From NCBI GenBank assembly GCA_021413905.1, contig JAIOPO010000005.1, forward strand, positions 146,957-210,956: DNA of 64,000 nucleotides, read 5' to 3'. Below are positions 10,770 through 19,100 of the stretch, piece by piece. Below the pieces are notes generated by a model. It saw nothing but the letters and a program-made list of their open reading frames with translations. It searched no databases and was not told the DNA's origin. The position numbers and the translations under genes were made by a program. Source of the stretch: Candidatus Nomurabacteria bacterium. Its GTDB lineage: Bacteria; Patescibacteriota; Minisyncoccia; Phycocordibacterales; UBA9973. The first letter of the stretch is position 1. Every line of letters begins with the position of its first letter.

Positions 10770-10845
10770 GCGCGGTTAGCTCAGTTGGTAGAGCAACCCG
10801 TTTACACCGGGAAGGTCGCAGGTTCGAGTCCTGCACCGCGCACCA
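10770..10845 (+). tRNA. tRNA-Val(TAC)
   Basis: GCGCGGTTAGCTCAGTTGGTAGAGC, anticodon loop TTTACAC, GGTTCGAGTCC, CCA. Confidence 0.95.
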
Positions 10846-10866
10846 CCCAGCCTAAAGCAGGGCCAT

Positions 10867-10941
10867 GCCTTCGTAGTTCAATGGATAGAACAGAGCTCTT
10901 CTAAGGCTTTGATGTAGGTTCGATTCCTACCGAAGGCACCA
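10867..10941 (+). tRNA. tRNA-Arg(TCT)
   Basis: GCCTTCGTAGTTCAATGGATAGAAC, anticodon loop CTTCTAA, GGTTCGATTCC, CCA. Confidence 0.95.
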
Positions 10942-10977
10942 TCAGTTAGTGCAAATTGTCCAAAATGTAACACGGAA

Positions 10978-11256
10978 GTGACACAGAGAATAGAAACAGG
11001 ATATTCATGGAAATGTAATTGCGATGTTGAACTTACCGCAGATGTCCTTGATCATGCAGACAAAGACACCGAACTGTTTCTATTCTCTGGTGATGGCGAT
11101 TTTGAATTCTTGATTGAAAAAATAATTGCCAAAGGTGCAAAAGTGACTATTGTCTCAAGTGCAAAGTTGGTGCCAAAAGGACCAAGATATTCTACTTCTC
11201 GATTATCAACAAAGCTTCGTAAACTTACTCAAGCAAGTGGCAGTTTTTGGAAATAG
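10978..11256 (+). pseudogene. NYN/LabA-DUF88 domain C-terminal fragment
   Basis: KCNCDVELTAD and LFSGDGDF motifs, but no N-terminal half; begins right after tRNA-Arg. Confidence 0.7.
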
Positions 11257-11372
11257 ATAACCTCAAATTTCAAATCAAAAAAGAGGCCTAAAAAAGGAAA
11301 AAGCCGCGAAGCGCGACTTTTTCTAAGGACAGTATTAGTATAGCAATATGATATTTTTTACTGTAAAAACTT

Positions 11373-12779
11373 CTACCTATGATTAATTGAAATTGAACGA
11401 TTCGTATTCTGAATTTCTTTTAACAACCTATCAAGCATATATTTTGTATTGTGTTCAAAATCTTTATCCGTACTTACAGGAATATCAATATTAATTTCTT
11501 TACCTTGGTTCAGATAGTTTACCTTTTTGTTTTTTAAATCAAAAGATACCACTACATCACTTATGCTTTCTTTACTAAGAGACGCATATGCTTTACTTAT
11601 ATTATCTTCCGTAAGAATTTCAGAAAATGCATTTAAATTCTCATCGGATTTCCTTCCTATAAATTTTTCATTCTTGAAAAAAATTGAAAACAGTATATTT
11701 TTATATTTATCACTATGTGATGAGCCGTAAAGTATCTCTATTTCATCTTTTGGAACACTTGGATTTGAAGTAACTTCCCTTACTTGCATAAGTGTCGGAT
11801 GAGAGTACGACATAGTCATTATAAAATCGGTAATGTCTTTCTTTGCAAGATTAATGTTTTCCTTTGTCTCTTCTTTGTTTAAAGTATGATTCTCAACTTT
11901 AGTTAAATCATCGTGTCCCATTAATTGATTTTCTAAAAATTGTTCTTCTAGTTTAATTTTTAATTTCGCAAGAACCTCTTTACTGATGTGCCTATTTTCA
12001 CCAAGTTCATTAACCCAATCAATACTTAAGTCACTGTCAAAAAAGCTATCAAGATATTTGAAGTCTATTTCTTCAATTGGTTTTGTTATCTCTTCTAATA
12101 ACTTATTTTCGGTAGAATTTTTATCCAGATATTCCTTATTTTCAACAAAATTCTGCATTCTATCATCAAGTTGTGTGTCTTCTTTGGATACTTCTTTTTT
12201 ACCAAGAGTAATTGCTTCTCTCCAAAATTTAGATCTCATTTTACCCAAAGTAAGAACATCTATATCTAAATCTATACTTTTCTCAAAATCATAATGATAT
12301 ATAGAGTTACCAGAATTTATTACGCTAGATACATCAACTCCCATGCTCTCCAGTATTGCCATTGCTTTTAAATTATTTAAGGTAACTTGGTAACTCCCAG
12401 TACGATAACTTTCATTTATTGGAACAAGTGATTCCAGATATTTCATATCTTTAAGAAGTCGAAATACGCAATCTTTCAATTCTTGCTTTTTACTTTCATT
12501 AAAATCAGTCGTTTCAATTCTATTTAAATAAATATTTGCTTCGTTATGTATAGTTTCAAGAGCTGAATTTAATTGACCTTCTTTTAAATTTTGCTCAAAA
12601 ATTGAATAGGCAGGATTTAAAAAATTTCGCTGTATAGCATGAGCTTCTTGATACTCCTTCGTTTCTTTTTCTATTTCTAAATTCTCGACTGCTCTCTGAG
12701 GGTTCTCTTTTCGAGTTTTCTTCAAATCTTTCGCAAGATTGTCACGATATTCCGATGAATTAAAATTTGGTTTTTCCAT
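11373..12779 (-). CDS. Hypothetical protein (468 aa, charged/helical)
   Basis: Long ORF with host-like composition; preceded by a copy of the structured leader RNA. Confidence 0.75.
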   Translation of the reverse strand: MEKPNFNSSEYRDNLAKDLKKTRKENPQRAVENLEIEKETKEYQEAHAIQRNFLNPAYSIFEQNLKEGQLNSALETIHNEANIYLNRIETTDFNESKKQELKDCVFRLLKDMKYLESLVPINESYRTGSYQVTLNNLKAMAILESMGVDVSSVINSGNSIYHYDFEKSIDLDIDVLTLGKMRSKFWREAITLGKKEVSKEDTQLDDRMQNFVENKEYLDKNSTENKLLEEITKPIEEIDFKYLDSFFDSDLSIDWVNELGENRHISKEVLAKLKIKLEEQFLENQLMGHDDLTKVENHTLNKEETKENINLAKKDITDFIMTMSYSHPTLMQVREVTSNPSVPKDEIEILYGSSHSDKYKNILFSIFFKNEKFIGRKSDENLNAFSEILTEDNISKAYASLSKESISDVVVSFDLKNKKVNYLNQGKEINIDIPVSTDKDFEHNTKYMLDRLLKEIQNTNRSISINHR

Positions 12780-12975
12780 AAACTTTGTTGGGTTTTATTA
12801 TGGTGCTGGGAAGACAAAAAGCTCCTAGCCAGCGATAGTCCGAAGACTACCCGTAACCGTTTCCAGCTACGACCCAACAAAGGTGAACTCTGACTAGGAG
12901 TTCTTTACCTTTGTTGGGATTCATGTGACCATACCATTTTGACTATAAAAAACTACAGATAAAATGGGTTAGGTC
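12780..12975 (-). ncRNA. Conserved structured leader RNA motif, copy A
   Basis: Minus strand: GACCTAACCC..TATGGTC, X=CCCAACAAAG, ACTCCTAGTCAG, antiX, CGTAGCTG-GAAA-CGGTTACG, cTTCGg hairpin, CTGGCTAGGAG-CTTTTT, X again before ATG. Confidence 0.75.
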
Positions 12976-13090
12976 TTATTATTAAATTGACTCTTTAAGA
13001 GTAGCATTTTTGACTAAAAAATGCTATCAACTTTTTGTTTTAAATTTCTAGCTCGCCCCGCCAAAAAATCCGAAAGAGAGTCCGCATTTG

Positions 13091-13173
13091 CATTAGCGGT
13101 CCCCGCACTTTCCATTCTTGGAAAAGCTCTGTGCTTCGCACAGAGGCGCTTCAGCGCGCGGGGAACGCTAGTG
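13091..13173. other. GC-rich four-way cloverleaf-forming intergenic element
   Basis: Outer stem CATTAGCGGTCCCCGC/GCGGGGAACGCTAGTG enclosing three short hairpins. Confidence 0.55.
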
Positions 13174-13225
13174 ATTACGATTTTGAAAATAGGTTCTGAT
13201 ATGGTTTAATAAACACACCTTAAAT

Positions 13226-13852
13226 TTATTTACTCAATGCCAGACCGACGGCTTTGGCATAACCCAAAGAATCTATAAATGACATCTCGGGTATGTGTCC
13301 ATGTGGTAAATTAAAATTAGTCCAAATATTTGCAAGCTCTACCTTTTGACGAATACCGACAGATAAATATTCTGCAATATTAGGAACCTTCGCCCCATCT
13401 CCGCATAAAATTATTTTTTTAATTTTCGGTCTTTCTGTATTATCAGCATATTTATTTGTATGCCAATAAATAAATTGCCTCTGAACTTCATCTCTAAATT
13501 TAGAAAGCCATTCTATTCCTTGTACTATTTCAGATTCCCCAATATCTAAAGTAATACTCGATACAGATTTACCATTTACAACAAAATGCATATAGGTACG
13601 AACCTTATTAATTTCTATTATTAAATAATTTTCATCATCTACTTTATTTATTAAAACATTAGCCAAGACTTGACCTTCTTGATTTATTGAAACAGGATAA
13701 TTTCCTTTTTTCTTTATATTTTCCGGAAGCACTCCGCATCCGAAACGACCAATTTTTATTGATTTTCCATTTTTTAAAACTTCAACAAATTTAACAAGTT
13801 CACCTGAATCATCAATACCAAAAAAAGATTTAGAAAAAATATTCTTTAACAT
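13226..13852 (-). CDS. PilM-like (type IV pilus assembly, actin-like fold) short homologue
   Basis: FFGIDDSGELVKFVE, KIILCGDGA, KVELANIW, YAKAVGLAL. Confidence 0.7.
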   Translation of the reverse strand: MLKNIFSKSFFGIDDSGELVKFVEVLKNGKSIKIGRFGCGVLPENIKKKGNYPVSINQEGQVLANVLINKVDDENYLIIEINKVRTYMHFVVNGKSVSSITLDIGESEIVQGIEWLSKFRDEVQRQFIYWHTNKYADNTERPKIKKIILCGDGAKVPNIAEYLSVGIRQKVELANIWTNFNLPHGHIPEMSFIDSLGYAKAVGLALSK

Positions 13853-13856
13853 TCTA

Positions 13857-13906
13857 TTATTATATCCTGTAGTGAAAATTTTACAAAGTTATGCTACGGG
13901 ATTATA
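13857..13906. repeat. ~50-bp imperfect palindromic intergenic repeat, copy 1
   Basis: TTATTATATCCTGTAGTGAAA...GCTACGGGATTATA; near-identical copy at 14836-14885. Confidence 0.8.
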
Positions 13907-14498
13907 CATTATTCTTTTTAAAGAATGCCAAAAATACTGGAACAAAAGAAAATAAAATGATAAAAAATACAATTGGTAAAATAAAATGATCTATATTCTT
14001 AATACGAGAACTTAAAAAATAACCTGTAAAAACCATCAACAATGTCCAGAGAAATCCTCCGACGATATTATAAAAAAAGAAATCTTTAAATTTCATTTTT
14101 CCTACTCCTGCCAAAATAGGTGTAAATGTACGAACAATTGGTATAAATCTTGCTAAACTAACTGCTTTCTTTCCGTATTTTTCATAAAATTCTGATGTCT
14201 TTTGAATATTTTTTTTATTAAAGAAAAAAGAATTAGGTTTTGAAAAAATCTTTGGACCTATGTAATATCCGAAATAATACCCTACATAATCCCCCGACAC
14301 AGCACATAAAAAAGCACCAATAAAAAGAATATAAATATTAAAATATCCCGCTCCCGCCAAAATACCTGCAGTAAAAAGCAAAGAATCCCCTGGTAAAAAG
14401 AAACCGAAAAACAATCCGGATTCAGCAAAAATAAAAAGAAAAATTCCTAAAATTCCTATAGTTTCTATTAAAGTTTTTATATCAAAAAAATGCATCAA
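13902..14498 (-). CDS. dedA: DedA/VTT-domain membrane protein
   Basis: IFAESGLFFGFFLPGDSLLFTAG, LARFIPIVRTF. Confidence 0.93.
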   Translation of the reverse strand: MMHFFDIKTLIETIGILGIFLFIFAESGLFFGFFLPGDSLLFTAGILAGAGYFNIYILFIGAFLCAVSGDYVGYYFGYYIGPKIFSKPNSFFFNKKNIQKTSEFYEKYGKKAVSLARFIPIVRTFTPILAGVGKMKFKDFFFYNIVGGFLWTLLMVFTGYFLSSRIKNIDHFILPIVFFIILFSFVPVFLAFFKKNNV

Positions 14499-14501
14499 AA
14501 A

Positions 14502-14831
14502 TTATTTTGCTTTAGTTCCCGCAGGAATATCATTATTAGGTAAAAGCAAAGAAAACTTACCATCTTCGGTAGACACTGCTAATATCATCCCATTACTTTC
14601 AAAACCTTTTATCATTCTCGGCTCTAAATTTGTAACAAACATACATTTCTTACCCACCAGCATAGCAAGATCTGGAAAATACATAGAAATACCAGAAACA
14701 ATTTGTCTTGGATTTTCTTCTCCTAAATTCACAGACAATTTTAACAATTTATCTGTATCAGGTATCTTTTCGGCAGACAAAATCTCCCCTACTGCCATCT
14801 CTACTTTTTTAAAATCTTCAAATGAAATCAT
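14502..14831 (-). CDS. Stand-alone tRNA-binding OB domain (MetRS C-terminal/CsaA family)
   Basis: ISFEDFKKVEM, DKLLKL, RQIVSGI, NLEPR..GFESNGMILA. Confidence 0.9.
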   Translation of the reverse strand: MISFEDFKKVEMAVGEILSAEKIPDTDKLLKLSVNLGEENPRQIVSGISMYFPDLAMLVGKKCMFVTNLEPRMIKGFESNGMILAVSTEDGKFSLLLPNNDIPAGTKAK

Positions 14832-14835
14832 ATTT

Positions 14836-14885
14836 TTATTATATCCTGTAGTGAAACTTTTATAAAGTTCTACTACGGGATTATA
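14836..14885. repeat. ~50-bp imperfect palindromic intergenic repeat, copy 2
   Basis: TTATTATATCCTGTAGTGAAA...TACTACGGGATTATA. Confidence 0.8.
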
Positions 14886-14888
14886 TCA

Positions 14889-15341
14889 TTACTTTTTTAA
14901 ATTTCTCTTATCTAAATATCTCTGCAATATAAGTGCCGCGGCGGACGCATCTATGCGTCCAGACTTTATTTGTTTTACTTTACTATGTGATTGAGATTGA
15001 TTGAAATCTTTTTTCTGATCTTTTGAATTTCGTGCAGTAACAGATGTCAAAAATTCTTTTTGTTTATGTATTGGTAAATTAAATTTCTCTGTAAGTTCTA
15101 AAATAAAAACATCAATACGAGCAGACAAAGCATTTAATTTTCCGGAAAAATCCACCGACTCTCCGACCACAATTTCTGTAATATTTTCTTTTTTAATTAT
15201 CTCTCCTATTTTTTTATATGTATTTTGATCATTCAAAACTATCTCTTTCGGAAATGCTAAAGTGCCATTTTCATCAGAAATAGCCAAACCTATTCTTTTT
15301 GTCCCATAATCTATACCTAAAAATCGGCCTAATAAATTCAT
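14889..15341 (-). CDS. ruvX: RuvX/YqgF pre-16S rRNA nuclease
   Basis: LGIDYGTKRIGLAISD, IVVG, EFLTS, IDASAAALILQRYLD. Confidence 0.93.
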   Translation of the reverse strand: MNLLGRFLGIDYGTKRIGLAISDENGTLAFPKEIVLNDQNTYKKIGEIIKKENITEIVVGESVDFSGKLNALSARIDVFILELTEKFNLPIHKQKEFLTSVTARNSKDQKKDFNQSQSHSKVKQIKSGRIDASAAALILQRYLDKRNLKK

Positions 15342-15386
15342 ACTGAAATACTAGCATAAAAATAACTTTTCTGATATTATCTAAAT

Positions 15387-15614
15387 ATGAGCTTTAAAAC
15401 AGGAACAAGTTTGATAATAATATTGCTTGCAATATGGAGTCTTTTATGGAAATGTTATTCAACATGGACAGCATCAAAAAAAGATGATAAAAGATGGTTT
15501 ATCATATTAATAATATTAAATACTTTTGGTATTTTAGATATGATTTATGTTTTTGGTGTAGCAAATAAAAAATGGTCTGATGTTAAAAATACATTCAAAA
15601 ATTTTTTGAAATAA
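15387..15614 (+). CDS. Small membrane protein (DUF5652-like)
   Basis: WSLLWK..WTASK...WFIILIILNTFGILDMIY. Confidence 0.75.
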   Translation: MSFKTGTSLIIILLAIWSLLWKCYSTWTASKKDDKRWFIILIILNTFGILDMIYVFGVANKKWSDVKNTFKNFLK

Positions 15615-15643
15615 AGCAATATAATTAAATCAAAAATATTTTT

Positions 15644-15695
15644 GGAGGCGTCGCATTGCGCCTCTACGGCGCATCTGCCGAGGAGGCAGAAGTGG
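15644..15695 (+). repeat. Duplicate of tRNA-Ser 5' end interrupted by a 34-nt double hairpin
   Basis: GGAGGCGTCGCAT + TGCGCC-TCTAC-GGCGCA TCTGCC-GAGGA-GGCAGA + AGTGG, versus tRNA GGAGGCGTCGCATAGTGG at 15950. Confidence 0.8.
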
Positions 15696-15703
15696 ATAAT
15701 AAT

Positions 15704-15964
15704 ATGTACTACTTTTATGTATTAAGATTTCATAAAAATAAAAAACTATATTATGGTTTTACAAATGATTTAAAGCGCAGAATAAAAGAACATAGAGCTG
15801 GAAATTCTGATTTTAGTTCTAAAAATGGAATATTTGACTTAATCTTCTATGAAGCTTATATTAGTAAAGAGGATGCTAGAGAAGCAGAAAAATATTTCAA
15901 AACAGGACATGGAAGAGAGGTTTTGAAAAATAAATTGAAAAATTATTTTGGAGGCGTCGCATAG
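15704..15964 (+). CDS. Small GIY-YIG endonuclease, stop codon inside tRNA-Ser
   Basis: MYYFYVL...LYYGFTNDLKRRIKEH...YEAY...DAREAEKYFKTG.GR. Confidence 0.88.
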   Translation: MYYFYVLRFHKNKKLYYGFTNDLKRRIKEHRAGNSDFSSKNGIFDLIFYEAYISKEDAREAEKYFKTGHGREVLKNKLKNYFGGVA

Positions 15965-16034
15965 TGGTTTAGTGCACCTGTCTTGAAAACAGGAGTACCG
16001 CAAGGTACCGTGAGTTCGAATCTCACCGCCTCCG
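15950..16034 (+). tRNA. tRNA-Ser(TGA); integration hotspot
   Basis: Anticodon arm CCTGT-CTTGAAA-ACAGG, variable arm GTACC-GCAA-GGTAC, GTTCGAATC T-loop; followed by GCC-TTGACA rather than CCA. Confidence 0.95.
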
Positions 16035-16108
16035 CCTTGACAACCTGTTAGTTTCGTGTCCCGACTGCCTGAGGTGGCAGTGCGACCCGAGTGCTACCAT
16101 GGTTGTAA
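16032..16108. repeat. Left-junction sequence of E1 (imperfect ~70-nt hairpin), shared with E3
   Basis: CCGCCTTGACAACCTGTTAGTTT matches 48757-48779 at 22/23 positions; GTGCGACCC at 16080 and 48806. Confidence 0.8.
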
Positions 16109-16145
16109 CAAAAACGGAGCATAATGTGCTCCGTTTTTGTTTTTT
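16108..16145 (+). terminator. Intrinsic terminator
   Basis: AAAAACGGAGCA-TAATG-TGCTCCGTTTTT. Confidence 0.75.
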
Positions 16146-16199
16146 CTTCTATAATTTCTCCGAAAAAATTGAATTTGGTACGTATGCTAGAATTAGCAT

Positions 16200-19100
16200 G
16201 TGGATCAATATATACAGCCCATCACAAAGGTATTCACCTCTTTTGAAGAGGCTAAGAACGATGTCGACCAAAATGGTCACTCGTCTCTTTTCATTGATGA
16301 CCGCAAGATACTCAGCCTTACTGACCTCGCCCAAGGAAACCGTAATTTAATCGTTGGCGAGCCGGGCGTTGGAAAGACCGAGCTTCTGAAGAAATTTAAG
16401 GCGCACCATGACACCCTTGGCGACAAGACATGCTTGGTTAATCTTCGCATCGGAAGTCCGATTGAACAGATTGATTCCTTTTTAAAAGAAACGACAACAG
16501 CAAAAAAGGTTCTCATTCTCGACGCACTCGACGAGGTTCGCTCGTCTATTTTCCCGAATGTGCTTCAAAAAATAGAGACTGTATCAAAAGAGAATCCTGA
16601 TCTGATCATTTATCTGTCTTCTCGCTGGATATTCGTAAGCAAATACGCCAACAGCTTTCCGGACTTTCGATTCATCAGAATTCTGCCGTTCTCGACATGG
16701 CAGGTGAAAAAATATCTCATGCATGCCGGACACACTGAGGCTGATGTCGATGCGCTCCTTGCGCGGATCATGCATTTCAATCACGGAAAGCTTTTGGTTC
16801 AAATTCCTCGGTATCTATTTTTCCTAGTTGCCTTTATAAAAGACAAGACCATCGCAAACGTTTCTCAGATATCGAGAAACGAGCTGTTTGAATACTTCAT
16901 TTACTCCAAGCTCGACATTGAGGACAAAAATCTTAACACCGACACGAAGGCGGTCATCAAGCGCATACTGGAAAAACTCGCACTGACAATGGAAATATAT
17001 CAGGCGAACACCATTACGAAAGATGAGCTTATGACATTCTTCGACGATATCGAGTCAGATCTCAAACTGACCGTGCTTTCACATATTACGCTTGAAGTCT
17101 TTTATGCGAAGACTATTCTTCAGGAAAGTACACAGGATCTCAACAGTGTTGAATTTGAAAACGCCGAATTCCAAGAATATCTCGCGGCAAAGGAAATTAC
17201 ACGCTTCTCCGAACCGCACCGTGTCGCTTTCGACTTCGCCGTCGAGGAAAATATCGATGAGATACTTCCGTCATGGTTCAATACGCTCACGTTTCTCGTC
17301 GATATGATTCCCGACATACTCGAACAGCTCTTGGAATTCTCAGGTCTGAGAAGCGGAACATTCAAGATTGCCGATGAAGGATTTTTAAATTTTCTCGGCA
17401 GAGTGAATCCAACAAGCATCTCGTCTGAATTTCGAAGCCGTATATTCATGGACGTAATCAACTATCACGAAAAGACCTTGCAATGGATTCCGGGGCAACT
17501 GACCCATTCGCTTCCGGGCTTCTTCAGTATTGCTCTTGAGGCAGATCTCAAGCGTCTTGCGGAAAGTGCAGAAAAAGAAACTGGCACAAATTATTTCGTG
17601 AAGCTCGGGAATATTGCGTATACGGTTGCGTACTTGTTTGATGCAAAAGTCGCACTCGACAAACCGTACTGGCGCGAAAAACTAATCTCCTACACAAAAG
17701 ACAAAAATGAAAACGGTGTATTGCAACGCCATGCGCTTTTGGCTCTCGAAAAGCTTGGCGACCCAACCGTCATCGACGAGCTACCGAATCTATTACTCGG
17801 GAATGACGAGCTGGTCGCGCGCGAATTTGTATCTGCCTGCATCGCGCTCGATCCAGACCACCCGAAGAGTGTTATCTATGCGATGCAATTGATAAAAGAT
17901 GGTGAGCTGTCCGGTCGGTATGGACTGTTTGAAATGAAAAAGAAATCATCCATCGTTGCCTTTTTCAAGGAATACATAAAAGATGACAAGTTCAGAAAGG
18001 AATTCCTCGATGATGTCCCTATCCTAGGTGAGCAGGATGTCGCGCTCGTCAAAAACATTGAAGCGATTCTCGATGATGAAATTGCGGAACTGTGTAAGGA
18101 GGTTATTGCAAAATCAATCGAAAGCTACCTCCACCAGTCAATCGACCAGTCTGCGTTCGTGAACGGATTGTTTCAATTGCTCAAGAAAAGGGACTCGGGA
18201 TTCATATCAGAAATAGTCAGACGTTTACACAAGGACGATGAGAAAAAACATACCCTGTACTTCGCCCAAGAAACATTTGCGCGAATACTTGGAAAAGACG
18301 ACATCGTTCCATTCCTCGGTGTCATGATTGAGCTTGGTCAACAGAAGATGGCGATGGATACGATGGTTAGAATTAAATATTCCAAGCGCGATGCCTGCGA
18401 AGAAATGTTCGAGTTTGGAAGAAGCAAGTTGCCGACGGAATATGCTGAGTGGGAGGCGGCTATTCAGCGGGGCACACCTCCGGCGGATACTTCACGGACG
18501 GATAAAATGCTCAAGGAATTCAGATTGTACCTACAACCCAAAAAGGGAGAATTTACGATGGGTGTTTTTCATCATTATATCCACGCCGCTGACACACTCG
18601 ATCCGCTCCTAACGAAAAAGGATAAAGACCGACTGATCGAATTGATTACCGGCAGTGTCTTGAACCAAAATCCGACAGCGCATGGCTTCACTATTCAATC
18701 AGAACATCCAGATGGCGGCACTCAACGATACACTACGAGCCAAGTCGTCCAGATGTTTGGTGATGCTCTCCGCGCCGCTCAGCGACTTGGTGTCGATATC
18801 ACTCCGTACCGAAAAAATATCGCGCTCTATATTCCATTCGCATACAGCGAAGAACTTAAAACTATTTTCGAGCTGATTAAAGACTTCAAGCCGGACGAGC
18901 TTGATCCGGTCATTGCGATATATCAGGAGAAAAAAGATGACCTCTGGCGACACCAACCAGAAAGCTTTGCGAATCTCGCACAACAGTATCATCTAGTTGC
19001 GGCAGTTCCCGTACTCCGCGATTTTGTGAAAGAGTCTCGCTTCCGTATCTACAATAGATGCGAGATGTTGAGGATTATTGATTCTCTTGCACCCGATGCC

